Source of the DNA: the human T2T-CHM13v2.0 reference genome, Homo sapiens
DNA: 64,000 nucleotides
Reading direction: 5' to 3' (one strand)
Assembly (NCBI RefSeq): GCF_009914755.1
Contig: NC_060937.1
Shown: positions 13,437 through 26,820 of the stretch, piece after piece
How positions within the stretch are numbered: position 1 is the first letter of the stretch
How the letters are laid out: each line of letters starts with the position of its first letter
Made by a program: the position numbers and the translations under genes
Notes under the pieces: generated by a model
The model's input: only the letters and a program-made list of their open reading frames with translations
Database searches by the model: none
What the model was told of the DNA's origin: nothing

Positions 13437-15953
13437 TTATATTAAAACAAATGAACTATCGATGTTTGCTGCTAGTGTACATGGACAAAAATTGTCAATA
13501 TTGTGGAGCTGAACATTGTCGACACTCATGTATTCACAGAATCCCTTAAGTGTAATGATTGCATCACTCTGAGTATTTCCAAAGGTAAAAATGCCCAGTT
13601 GAAAACATTCCACGGCTTAAAGAAGTCAAATAAGAAAAATAGTTCCATTCAAAAAGACATAACTATAAAAGCATCTAGATCACCAAAGAATCTCTAAATG
13701 GTCAAGTTAAATGTGACACAATTAAGAATAATTGTTTTGTTTGCAGCTGAGAGGAAGAGGGTTTCAAATATGTCATGTAGTATTATTTTACAATGTAAAA
13801 GGCATATTCTTTTTAGCTCCTGGCTATGTGGCTAATTTTTTTGAAGTAAGAAAAACACTTATATTTTTGCCTGTGTTCTAATTGTATAATGTATTTTTTC
13901 CTTTTTTGCTAAAACAGTTTAAACAAGATTACATTTGTTAAAGAAACAGTGCCTTCCTTTTGTCCTTTAAGTAAACATAGATAATTTAAAACTTCCATAG
14001 TCAGAATAAATTGGCCTGGTTGCCATTTGACTCATTGTCCTAGAAAATGAGCAGTCTCTGCTTCTGAGTTTTAGCAGCTGTGGCTACAGCATAGTCAGGC
14101 TTCCAGTATATTTATGCTGGCTGAAAGATTCCATATGGATAAAAAAGAATGAGGAAAGCCTTGTTAGACCACCTGGTAAAGACCTCTTATGATCTTTCCT
14201 AGGATGTTTTATCCCCAGTTAATCTGTTGATTTGCTTCTTGGCATTGAGGAATTGGAAATCTCAGTCTAATCCCCTTGGCTCTGTTCTGAAAATCTAATC
14301 ACTTTCTTGATGTGGGTTCTGTCGGGCACTGAAAGTCCCTTTTCTGGGCTGGCCGAACCTGATGTATATTCTGGCCTTTCCCCATTCTACCATCATTGGG
14401 TTTTCCTAATTTGTATCTTCATATTGTTTAAGAAGGAAATCAAACTGTTATTTGGATGCCTTTCTGCATAAATATAAATGTCTTTGTTATCTGGATTTAG
14501 GCCAACCATACTAGCCACTGGTTATTTTGAATGTGGAAAGTAGTCACACGGCATGCCAGAATTGTCTGTAAAATAGTCTATCCTTTTCCAAATATAGGTA
14601 GGTTTGTCCTGCTATAATCTTCATTTGTATAGATTTTCTATAGCAGGTTACTTTAAGCATATGTATTCTGGGCTGTATGTGACAGATCTAAACCAATTTA
14701 GACAAGATCTAAACCAATTGTGTTATGGAAACTTGAAATGGTAAACATAAAATTTTACACCTAGCACAGTTTTTCCATCTTCATAGATCATGTCCATCAA
14801 CCTAACTGCTACAGAAACAGTAGCTTGATTATACATGTATGTCAGCAGCAACAGAGTAAACTCCTGCTCTCCTATTGAGCAGGAAAAGAGCTTTATATGT
14901 CTGTTTGAGGGGTTTTAAGGCAGTTTTCATTCCAAATTGGCACTTGAGTTTAAAGGTTTTAGGATTTCAAAGATATTACTGTAAGGTTAAGTTTATGGGT
15001 TGGGCGCCCGGGGGCACTTCCCTGGGTGAATTATCGTTGATTGCCTAACCTTGCAATGTGACTGGTGGAGCCTGGCTGGAGTGCTGTAATTCTCATGCTC
15101 GACAGGAGGCTCGGTGTTATCCAAATCCCAATGGTACTCAACTGAATTGATGAAATGACCAGGAAGGCCTAATTAAAGCTGTTCAGCTCAAATGTATTGA
15201 TGTATTACATCTATTACGGCTTGGTTCAATAGGTCCACCCTGTGGATGCTGCCACAGCCTGTAAAGCAAACTAAACAGATTGAATAAATAATGCTGCAAG
15301 GAAGGGAGACAGCAACAGAATCAAAGTAACTGTGAAAAATGCAACAGGATGATCTGTAAACTTTAAAAAAATCATATTATTCACCAAAAATTATTTTCAT
15401 TTGTATTATTTTTACATGTTGAAAAAATAAAATGTTGGGATTTATAAGCATCTTTTATTCTGTTGCAGGAACTCGTCAATACTCCTTTAGTAAATATTGC
15501 AGGACAATGTGCATAAAATCATTGTGATTTTGCTTGAATCTTCACAACTCGTTGTTAGAACCTAGCTTTTTCTTCGCCTTCTGACTGAGTTCTTTTGTGC
15601 AACTTTTTAAAACATAAAATCCACTGTATTCTTTTACTTTTCCTGCACCAGAACACTTAACTCTTTTTTTTTTCACCTCTGATGAATTTGAATTGTGTCA
15701 AATGTCCATAATGTATATACTGTCCTGGGCAATAACCCTGATTATGTTTATAGAGATTTTGTTTTATTCTAACATAGGGATTCTTCCATATCTTACCTAT
15801 TCCCATGTATCATTTAATATCATTTACATCATTCTGTTTGCACTGGGAAAGAGAATAGTATACTGTTGCGAGAACAACTTGATGCTGAAACAAAGGGAGG
15901 ATGAAATTCTTAAAAATACACATCCTAAAAATTATCAAAGTTTTTTTCTTCAT
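13437..15953 (-). pseudogene. Candidate decayed single-exon ORF; tentatively a tandem GT-A (DUF273/GT34-like) glycosyltransferase relic
   Basis: No repeat recognised in the block. Minus-strand reading from ATG 15953 gives ~165 codons with only three stops, all TGA (15812, 15544, 15478), plus one frameshift. Recurring motifs: SGFYVLKSC, HNDFMHIVL, NNQWLVWL, KGTFSARQN, KEYAFY, DLDAFIV, LGIFTFGNT..AIITLKGFCEY..VDNVQLH. Family call is by eye only. Confidence 0.42.
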
Positions 15954-16004
15954 TCAATTAAATATTAAAATATTATGAGATGATGTCTTCTCAATTTCTT
16001 TTCT

Positions 16005-16770
16005 GCAGCTGAACTCACACTGAACTTCAGATATGTTTTTCTTGACATCTCTACTTACATACTTAAAAGACATCTCAAACTTAAGGTTTAAAAGTTAATA
16101 ATCTCTAGTTGCCCTAATCGTAGGAATAGCCTCTAAAATGTTTGCCTGTACTCTTGCTACTCGGTTCCATTTTCCTTTCTGACCAGTGAGCTTTATAAAT
16201 TGAAATTTATCACATCACATAAGTACTTCAAACACTTCAATAGCTTGTGATGTTCTTCAGGATAGAGCCCTAACTACCTAGTGAAGCTAATTTGACCTTT
16301 CATTATCTGACCTCTGCTCATATATTCAGTTCTAGCTTTTGCCATTACTTCTACTTCCCATTGACAATCCTGTTCACTCCATTCTGCTTATTTCATCTTT
16401 GCTTTCTCTTATCTCTGAGTTTTCACACAACCCTTGCCTGGAAGATCCTTCTCCATGTATTCCCTTTCCTTGGTTAAATCAGATTTCCTTCTTCAGGCTT
16501 GACTATAGAGCTCACTTCCTCCAGGAAGCCTTCCCTGACTTTGCTTCACACTATCAGAGTCTACTCCTACGGGTATTCATAGCAAATGACATCTCCAGCA
16601 TCATTACCTGCAACAGTAATACAACAGCAGCTGTTTTAGTTGTATTCCACACTCAGGTGGAAACTGCATAAATACATGGTCCATGCTGCCTGATTCATAA
16701 ACTCTCGAGGCCTCGTCCAAAATCTGGCAAATTGTAGCTCTTCAACAAGTGTTAGTTAAGTGTATGATGG
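16005..16770 (+). mobile_element. L2 LINE 3' relic
   Basis: gacatctctact...gacatctcaaactt; cacttcctccaggaagccttccctgact; L2-like tail. Confidence 0.75.
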
Positions 16771-17474
16771 GTAAAATGAACCCCGACTAAATTTAATGGG
16801 CTTTAGGCCCTAATTGGATCTCATAAGGGTATTTATAATTGTTTTCATTTTCTGCCACCCACCTTGTCGCTCCTTAAACGCATTATCCACTCTACAAGAT
16901 GGAATGATACATCTAAATGCAATCTCACTTGCTAAAACCCGTTAATGTCTTACCTGGGCCTGAGAGTTAAATTCCAAATTCTGTATGTTTTCATTCAGCA
17001 AATATTTATTGATCTCACATCTGTGGTGGGCACTGTGCTAAGTTTCTCAGCATTTCATCAAAGCCCCTTCAGGCCAAGACTGACCAACTGTCTCACTTCT
17101 TCCTTAAGCTGGACAGTTACTAGCAGAATAGAAGCAATTTTTATCCAACACAATTAGGACACATAGTTACTCAGTTAACGAAAAACAGTTAAAGACATTA
17201 AAATTGATAATAAATATGTATTTTAGGCATCTTACTTAAACTTAAATAATGTAAATATATTTATTTATTTATCATTTAATGTAGAGTGAGCCCCTTTAAA
17301 TATGAGTCAGCTGCTTGAAATCTAATATTTTTCATAATTCATTTCTGAAAGTATCTATGATTTCTAGCTTCAGATTCTTCAAATTAGAGCAAGACTTTAA
17401 GGGATTTGAGAAGCAATTTGAATTCTCACTTATTTAACGTTTTTCCAACAATTTCTAATTGTTTTACCCAGATC

Positions 17475-20400
17475 TTCTTCAAAAGCAAAGTTATATACCT
17501 AGGAATGGAATTGCTAGGTTATATGGTAATGCTTTTTTTTAACTTCTTGGGAAACATCCAAATTGTTTTCCACAGTGGCTACACCATTTTATATTTTCAC
17601 CAGCAACATATAATTGTTTTTATTGAAGAATTGTATATGCAAAACCTTTGCCCATTTTAAAATTGGGTTGTTAGTATTCTTGTTGTGTTGTAAGATTTGT
17701 TAATATATTCTGAATGCTAGGGCCTAGTAAGATATATTATATGCAAATATTTTCTTCCATTCTGATGGTTTTCTTTTCACTATATTTATAGTGTTCCTTG
17801 ATAAATGGTTTTTGATTTTGATGAAATCTAATTTATCTATTTTTTTCCTTTTGTTCCTTGTGCTTTTGATGTCATATCTAACAATCCATTGCCAAATGCA
17901 AGGTGATGAAGGTTTGCCATTTGTTTTTTCCTGAGAATTTTTTTAGTTTTGGTTCCTACATTTAGGCCTTGATCCATTTGAGTTATTTTTCTTTATATAG
18001 TATGAGGTAAGGTCTAACGTTATTCTTTTGCATGTGAAAATTCATTAGGCCCAGCACCATTTGTTAAGGACACTAATTTTACCTTGTTGAATGGTGTTGG
18101 CACTCTTGTGAAAAACCATCTGAACATAATTGTAAGGCTTATTTTTGGATTTTCTGTCCCATTTCATTTTTTTGGTATGTCTATCTTTATACCAGTAACA
18201 CACAATATTCATTATTGTAGCTTTGAAGTAAATATTGAAATGGGGAAGTGCGAGTCTTCCAACCTTATTTTTTATTTTCAAGATTGTTTTAGCTATTCAA
18301 AGTCCCTTGTAATTCCATATGATTTTAGGATTAACTTTTCCATTTTTTCAAAAAAGACTAGAGATTGCATTGCATGGGTAGAATGCTTTGGGAAGTATTA
18401 TTGCCACCTTAGCAATATTAATTTTTCTAATTCATAAACACGAAATGTCTTTCCATTTATTGTATATATTTATGTCAACCATGTTTTACAATTTTTAGTT
18501 TAGAAGTCTTGCACATCCTTGGTGAAATTTATTCCTACTTTTTTTTCATGCTATTATAAGTGAAATTTTTTGCTCATTTTATTTTCCTATTTTTCATTGC
18601 TAGTGTATAGAAATGCAACCAATTTTTATATCTTGATATTATATCCTGCAAGTTTGAATTTGTTTATTAGCAGTAATAGCTTTTTATGAATTCTTTAGGA
18701 TTTTCTACATAAAAGATCATATTATCTGCAGATTAATATAATTTCATTTTTTATGATTTGGGTGGTGTATACCCTCTCTCTTTCTATCTGAATAGCCCTG
18801 GCTAGAACTTCTAGTAAAATTTTGAATAGAAGTGGTTAAAGTGTGCATCCTTGTGTTGTTTCTGATCTAAGCACAAAAGCTCTTAATCTTTCATCACTGG
18901 TTATGATGTTAGCTGTGGGTTTTTAATAAATGCTCTTGATCAGGTTGAGGATGTTCCCTTCTATTTTTTGTTGAGTGTTTTATGATAACAGTGTGTTAGA
19001 ATACAAAGTTAGATTTTGTTATATGCTACTGTACATCAATTGAGATGATAAGGTTTTTCTTCCATTCTATTAATGTGGTGTATTTTATTTATTGATTTTT
19101 GTATGTTTAACCACCCAATTCTGCTTGGTCGTGTATACGATCTCTTTAATGTGCTGCTAGATTCAGATTGTGAGTACTATGTTGAGTATTTTGACATATA
19201 TATCAATAATTGATACGGATCTGCAGTTTTCTTTTCTTGTGAAGTTTTTGTCTGACTTTGGTATAAGGATAATGGTGACCTCAGAATGATTTAGGAAGTT
19301 TTCTCTCATCTAGTATTTATACAAGTTTAAAGAGAAATTACGTTAATTTATCTTTAAATTTTAGGTAAAATTTAGTAATAAAACTATCTAGATTTGTGTT
19401 TACTGATTTAATCACTTTACTTCTTAAACATACATTCAGATTTCTATTTCTTTTTCACTCATTATTGGTAGTATGTGTGTTCCTACCAATTTGTCCATTT
19501 TAGCTAGGTTATCACATTTGTTGGCATATAATTGTGTATATTTATATCATAAACTTCTCTTTCTTTCTGAAAATCAATGTTAATGCTCCCACTGTTTTTC
19601 CTGATTTTAGTTATTTGAGTCTGCTCTCTTTTTTCTTAACTAATCTAGCTAAAGTTTGGTCAATTTTGTTGGTCTTTTGAAGAACCAAGTCATTTTTATT
19701 CATCTTCTCTATGATTTTTCTATTGTATGTTTTGTTTATCTGTGCTCTAAGCCTTTTTTTAATCTCCTTTCTTCTGGCACCTTGGATTTGGTTTTCTCTT
19801 TTCTTTTCTAGTTCCTTGGAAGACAAAGTTAGGTTTCTGATGCGTGATCTTTTTTCTATTTTAATGTAAGGATTTTAATGCCGTAAATTTTCATCTTAGC
19901 ACTGCTTTAATAGCATCTCATAAATTTTGGTGTGTCGTGCTTTGGTTTTCATTTTACCTCAAGGTAATTTCTAAATTCCCTATGATTTTTTGACCCATTG
20001 ACTATTTAAAAATGTTATGTTTAATTTGCATATATTTGTAAATATTTCAGTTTTCCTTCTGCTGTCGATTTTTATTTTTTCTGATTCTTTCCTTTTCTTC
20101 CAAAATCTGTTGACAAATTCCCGTAATAATTTTTTCATTTCAGTTATTGTAATTTTCAGCCCAGAATTTCTGTTCAATTCTTTGAAAAGTATTATCTCTT
20201 TACAGATATCTTCTATTTGCTGAGACATCATTTGCCTGGTTCCCTTTAGATCTTTATTAATGCTTTTCTTTAGCTCTTTGAGCATATTTAAGACAGTTGA
20301 TTAAATATCCTTAAATATTTGTTTGGTGCAAAGTAATTGCGATTTCTGCCATTAAAAGTAATTGCAAAAACCACAAGTTATGTTTGCACCAACCTAATAG

Positions 20401-21590
20401 TAAACCTCATGTATGGTCTTCCCCAGGGAATGTTTCTGTTAATTTCTTTTTCTCCTAAGAATAGTCCACATTCTTTTCTTTGTACCTTTATAATTTTTGG
20501 TTGAAAATTGGGCATTTTAAATACTGCATTGTGGTAACTCTGAAAATTAGATTATTTCTCCTCCTTAGGGTTTGTTTTTGTGGCTTACAGTCAGTTGTGG
20601 TTTCTCATTTGTTTAAGAACTTTTCTAAATTATTTTTTGAGGACTTTATTGTCTGTTTTATGTGATCTCTGAAGTCTCAATCTTTTTAGCTTGCAGTCAG
20701 CTAGTCTTTTGGCAGAGATTTCCCTAAATTCTTGGAACAACAAGAACAGCCAAATATTAATAATAATAATACTCTCCTGTTTTTTGCAAATTGCTCTGTG
20801 TTGGGACACTACAATGCTTAGTTATGACATTTACAACTCTGCCTTAGCATTCACTTCTTATTTGTGCTCAGCCTAACAGTCAGCTGGACTTGGTACGTCA
20901 GTACTTCTCCGGTCTTTTTTGAGCATGGCTCCTTACTGGGTCATGTCTTGCTTTCTAGATTCCCTTTCATAGGCAGAAGATTTTTCAAAGCCCTTTTACC
21001 CCAAAGTAATTATCTCCCCAGTTTTTTTTTTCATAGATTTTCAGCACATACATTGTCACCATCTGTAATCTTTTGCCTCTTTGGGCAGTGGCTTCTTCAT
21101 TTACCTTTTAGTGTTTATGAGGAATGCCTACACTTAGCTACTTTTTCACCCTAAAATAGTTCCAAGTTAGCAGAACTAAAGACAAATGCATTGTATCGGT
21201 GCCTTAGGGACTTCCCACACAGGTCCAAACTGGGTTCTAGAGGGACCAGAACATACTGTGTTCCCTCGCAGTTCCCCACAGTATGTTCTGGTCCCTCTGG
21301 AACCCTGTAATCCATTTGGGAACACAGGCTGCTATTTTCAAGAACACAGTCATCATGAGGATGGAGATGAATGAGGAAAGCCTATGTTAAAATGTGACAA
21401 AGTTTTCTTTCCACATTTAAGCTTCCTTTTTCTTGATCTAGCATTTGCTTGGTTTCTGTAAAATATCAACTATCTTACAGAATTCTAAAAGAGCTAATTC
21501 TAAAAGTTTTTGTTCTTCTTTTGGATGTTTTTATGCAGGCTCAGGCCTTTAGAATTTCCTATTCTGCTCTTTTCACTGTCATCTTATTGA
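17475..21590 (-). mobile_element. Old L1M (L1MC/MD-like), internally deleted: ORF2, ORF1 and 5' region relics
   Basis: Minus-strand ORF fragments 18045-18281, 19611-19826 and 19980-20285 resemble ORF2p/ORF1p; tatacctaggaatggaattgctagg at the 3' side. Confidence 0.9.
20318..20397. mobile_element. MADE1 mariner MITE (80 bp, palindromic)
   Basis: tttgtttggtgcaaagtaattgc...tgtttgcaccaacctaa flanked by TA duplications; nested in the L1M. Confidence 0.92.
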
Positions 21591-22619
21591 TGACTTCTTA
21601 ATAACAAATCTAGTCTTCTAATCACTCCAGAAATCTGAAAAATATTTCATTTATTGGCCACACTTATCGTTCAGCCCCCTCTAGCTCTCACAATATTGAA
21701 ATATGTGTATATATGAATTAAAACAAAGGCATTTCCATTCCTGCAAATCAATGTACTGTAAATTAATCTCTAATTTCCTTTTACACTCATTTCCTGGACA
21801 ATTAAATCATTATCATTTATTTCTCTATGGCATCTGTTTATATCACCCTAATAATTCTAGGCTCTGCCTTGATCATTTCTTACTCTGTGCCTTTCTGCCT
21901 TTTTTCATTGCTCCTGCTTTCCTTCTTCTTTTTTCAATTTTCCATTTCTTTTCCCACAAGTGGTTATCAAGCTTCTCATGGATGTCAAGTATTACACCAT
22001 ACTTTAGGGATTCAGAGATAAAATCAGCCTCCTCACTGAGTAGCTAGCTCACAACCTAATGAGAGATCTAACAAACAGATAATTGTAACACTGCTTAATA
22101 ATAGTATAATAGCAGTGACTACTGAGTTACATAAGAACTCTTAAGAAGAAACATAACTCAAGCCAAGAGAGTAAGGAACACCTTAAGGAGAAACTACTTA
22201 TGCAGCGAAGTCTATAAGGATAAAAGGAATTGGTCAGAAGAAATAGAGTCATAGGTAATAGCATACACAGAGGATGCTATTGTCATCAAAATATCTTTTC
22301 ACAAAGTGATACAACTTAGGGAGAAGCAACAGCTAGGGCTGGAATGGATGATGAATTACCTTGGTTTCCAACTTTATTGGCTGAAACCCCATAGTTTTCC
22401 GTGGCTTTATCCAAGCCATCAAGGCAAATGAAATTGCTTTTTCATATGGATATTCATAGTATATTATGAATACCTCCACGTAACTTTAAGTACCTATTTA
22501 TATATCTATTTTTTCCTCTTAAGACAGAGGAATCCAGGGAGAACCACCATTTTATTCGATGCTAGATACCATTTCTCAGAAAATTCTCTAAACAGAACAA
22601 TTACTGAAGATTTGTTAAA

Positions 22620-22930
22620 TTGAATACAATCCATATATCTTGACATCTGACCTCTCCCATGAGATTTAAGCTGCATCCAACTATTTGCCAATTGGTTTGC
22701 TGATGAGACAAACTCAACATGTCAAAGTCCAACCTTATTATTTTCCCAATCCTGAACAAATGACATCCCCTAACCTTTTCAATTATGTGTCTGTCACTAC
22801 TACTCTCTCAGTCACTCAGCCTTTAAATCGCAGAGTAAGAATTGATTTCTTTTTCAAAATGCTCCGTATCTATTCAAAATTTAGTTGTCGATTCAAATTC
22901 TAGAATGAATCTTTAATTTCCCCAGATTTT
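22620..22930 (+). mobile_element. L2 fragment
   Basis: tgacctctcccatgag...caactatttgcc...aaactcaacatgtcaaa. Confidence 0.55.
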
Positions 22931-24989
22931 GTTCATTTCCCCACTGATTGTCAAGGTAAAACATTCATTTTCAGTCCCGAGGAATTTCATTTTATTGCTT
23001 ATTGAAAAAAACTAATAACCTTAAACCTTTAGAGTGGTTAGTAAGAAAAAAAAGAAAAGGGTCATTTTAAAAATATTTCTAAAATTTTTAATGTGCAGGT
23101 ATTGTGGTGGAATTTTTAGTTAAAATGAGAAGTTAAAATTTCATGAGGACAAACAAAGGAGATAATAAAGAATTTACATGACATATCTGGGAAAAATAGA
23201 TGGCAGGATTTAATGAGTAATATGTGCTTTAATTTTTGTTTTTTGTTTTTCTGCAAACACTATGGTAACATTATTTTTTAATTTGTAATATAAAAATATC
23301 TTTTGAATATTATCATGACTTAAAGCAGAAAAGCAGAGTTTGTGTTCTATTAAGAATGGATTCAAGGCAGAAAGATACCAGAATTTTAATTTTTTAATTT
23401 TCTTGAACTCAGAATTCTCTCCCCTCCCCACGCCCCGCCAAACACACACACATAGAAACAATGTTAGAAAAGAGCATTGGGTTTCCTGATTAGTCCACAA
23501 ACAACCTTATTTATCTAACGATATGCCTAGACAATGAAAGTATGCATACTGGCTTTTAGAATACTTCATTTGAAGCAGTTCCAATGTTTACAAAATACTT
23601 TTTTCTTAAATCTTACTATTAAATAAATTACTTTACTGATCTTATTTTTATTCTTTTGTCTCCAGTGGGATAGGGATTGGCTGTCTAGTATTCAAAACAA
23701 AATATATCCTAAATAAGGACAACAAAGGAACAAAATTTGTTTTATAATGTAGAACAAGTATTTTAGGGACAATGTAATCTTGAATTGTGTTTGTTTTCTA
23801 GAAACTAAATTTGTTTTCTATCAGTTTTGCTTTAACACAGAAAGAAAAATATTCATTTACAGTTTTGAGTTTCTTATTTTCTACTTCTCAGTATTTTGTA
23901 TTCCACCTATGTACTATGAAACAAACATAAGTCAATAAAAACATTTACTTATTTATATAGATAATATAAACCTTTAATTTAAAAAAGTCAACAATTGAAT
24001 TTTATAATAGCTAAGGTGAAAAATTATTTCCAAAATACTAGCTTATAACTCTTCTGGTTCTTTCTAATGCAAAATCCTTTATTCCTCTTTCTCTTTATTT
24101 TTCAAAAACATTTAGAATAAGAAATCTTAGCATGGAAATAGTTGGAAAGTTGCTTAAATATTTGCTTTAGGAATGCAAGTGTGTAAAGCCAACACACAAA
24201 TTGACCATAATATAGATTTTCACAGTCACTTAAGGCTTATTTCAATAGAATATCTTGTTGAAACACTGATTGAACATAGAAAAATAACTAGGCCTACACT
24301 ATTAGCATGACATAATTCTGGGCTCTGATCAAGTACAAGGTGGTTACAATCAACTGGTAAGTTTACATAGGAAAAACATACTGAATTTATATTGCTATTT
24401 GTAGCTTTTTTCCAGATAATACTGATAACTGATTTTTTATATTTAAATGGAAAAAAAATGGTACAGGGAGTGTTTATATGTCATATTTTGTTTTTTTAAT
24501 GTTACATTCTACCTTAAGTGGTGTGTTTTTAAGTTTCTAACAGAGAATATATGTTTCTAGCTTGTCGCATTTACTGCTCTGTTAGATAAATATTTTTGGC
24601 ATATTTAAGTAATATATTTGCAACCACAAATACAATATACAAGAGACTGGCTATCATGATTTGTTACACCTTTGAGCTATCAGCTACCTTAGCCATAAAC
24701 ACCATTCAGGGACACTGCCATCAGCCTGTCACTTTAGCCATACAATGGCTTTCCAATTTTCCCATGTGTAATCCTCTCTCTTTTACCTAGCTTTTCCACC
24801 CACCCCACTTTTCTCTCCTCTGGTAATGTATTATTGATTGACTAAAAACAGTTTCTACTGTGTATATATAGTCAATTCTCCAGTGAAAGTCTTTTTCAAA
24901 TTTCTTCCAAAAATAACCCATAACAAGTGTGGCTGAAAACAGATTATTTACTTATTTACTTATTTTGGAATCCTGTATGGTAAATTGGC

Positions 24990-25170
24990 ACTGGGAAAAG
25001 CCCAAAGTAGTCAACACTGACCAAAGAGTTAGAAGGGTTTAGGCAATAGGTCAGCTATGTGATTTTCAGTGAAGCAACATTCCTTAGCCAGATTTTCCAG
25101 ATCAATAAAATGAGAAAACAGAACTAAACAACTGAGGCTTTTTTTTCTGAATCTAACTTGTTATGATTCT
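24990..25170 (+). mobile_element. MIR (MIR3/MIRc-like) relic
   Basis: agctatgtgattt...ataaaatgagaa...tctaacttgttatgattct. Confidence 0.55.
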
Positions 25171-25339
25171 CAGTTAAAAGACAGGTTCAAGAACATAGTG
25201 AGAGTTGCTAAAATGAAATGATCCTATGAATCAATACAATCTCATCAAATAGATTTTCTAAGTGAAAAAATTCTAGCATAACTATATCATTTTGTTCTTT
25301 TACTATTTCCTGCTTAAAGATATACTAATAAGCAATGTG

Positions 25340-25520
25340 GCAGGGGATATAGCATGTGAAGTGAGACAAACCTGGATTCAAATATCAATGACTAAGAGCT
25401 TTGTTAACTTGACCAAATTACTTAAGATTTTTGAAACTCAGTTTTCTCATCGGTAAGATGGAGAAAGATATATGAACCTTACAGAATTGCTTGGCAGAAT
25501 GCATATAAAACACTATTAGG
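25340..25520 (+). mobile_element. MIR relic
   Basis: acctggattcaaat...aaattacttaa...ctcagttttctcatcggtaagatgg. Confidence 0.75.
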
Positions 25521-25824
25521 GGATATAATAGAAGTAATATAAGATAATTTTCAATGATATTCTTATCATAGTTCTTTGTGAATGTGGTACACAATAAGAA
25601 GTCAGTCAATATTTAGTAAATGAGTAAATAGATTTGAGAAAGATACATGTGAACAATTTCACCTTCTTCCAGCATTTGATACAACTGACAGATCCATAAG
25701 TACTGGGATTCAAGAGAAAGAGTTCACAGATATCTAGATGGTTACTGCCATAAAATTAAATAAATCCACTCTTAATCATTAAGTATCTACTATTGTCAAC
25801 ATATGATATTTTTTGGTTCAATGT

Positions 25825-26330
25825 TTCATTTAATGAATAATTCTTGAGTACCTTTTAAGTATTAATTCCTGGGAATAGAGCAGTGACACAAAGCTCTGCT
25901 CCTCTTATCTTTGTATTTTAATGGAAGAAGATAAATAATGGGCACAAAAATGAATCAATATGTAATATTCCAGCGAGATGGAGATTTGTGCTATGAAGGA
26001 AAATAAAGCAGGGTAAAGGGACAGAAAGGGGCAAGAGGAGGGGAGTGCTATTTTATTGAGGCTTTTCAAGCATGCTTCTCTGATATAATGACACGTGAGA
26101 GGAGATTCAAGGCAAGTGAGAGAAAAGCCATGTTGATAACTGAGTGAGAGCATTTGAAGCAGAGCAGAGGGCAAAGACCCTGAGACAGGGGAGTACCTAG
26201 GTTGTGCAAAAAGCAAGGGTACAGAGAGAAAGAGGGGGGGCAATATTGAAAGAAAAGGTCAATGTGTGGTGGAACATGCTGATAAGCTAGGATTTTTCTC
26301 TATCTCTATCTGGAAATTATCAGCATGTAG
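25825..26330 (-). mobile_element. L2a 3' relic
   Basis: tcctgggaatagagcagtga...gtgctatgaaggaaaataaagcagggtaa...gcaaagaccctgagacagg. Confidence 0.8.
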
Positions 26331-26514
26331 ATAATGTTCACTTTGGGAATGAATGAAAATGGAGAAGAGGAGTGTGAAGACTGAGCATTGGCTAGGCAAA
26401 TATTGTGGTTCCATTGTTACTACAAGTTATAACATTTCATGATTTATAATAATTTCAGTATTACTTTTCTCATTTAATATTAGTAACAGCAAAGCAAATC
26501 ATCCCAATATTCTC

Positions 26515-26650
26515 AATCATGCTTTACAGATGAGAAAAACCACACGGGGGATGGAATGATCACTCCAAAGATAAACCGCTTTTAAGTGAAGAGCAGGGAT
26601 ATAAAGCCAGAATCCCTGCTTTCCACTCCATTCCACTCCTCTCTTATTCT
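26515..26650 (-). mobile_element. MIR core relic
   Basis: tttacagatgagaaaaacc...taagtgaagagcagggat. Confidence 0.6.
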
Positions 26651-26820
26651 ACAGCAGGATTATTCTAATGGGCTTCCAAAGGCTCTATTCTGAATCTTTT
26701 CTTTTGCCCCACTTGCTTTGGAAGACAGCTGCAACTCCTCTAGTAATAGTCTCAATTTTCTTTCTGGTGTCCTGAGAGGAAGTGAAACCAAGAAGAACAT
26801 GAGTAGAAATAGCTATCATT

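Noticed and set aside
14430-14520. FkbM-methyltransferase-like stretch LNPDNKDIYIYAERHPNN
   Set aside because: No upstream DxGAxxG SAM-binding motif found; kept only as an alternative frame of the candidate pseudogene
15240-15870. GIY-YIG/SLX1-like reading (VYY...YMG...RIKQ; WQHP) of the candidate ORF
   Set aside because: Motif spacing does not fit, WQHP is in another frame, and nothing else resembles SLX1 or Penelope elements
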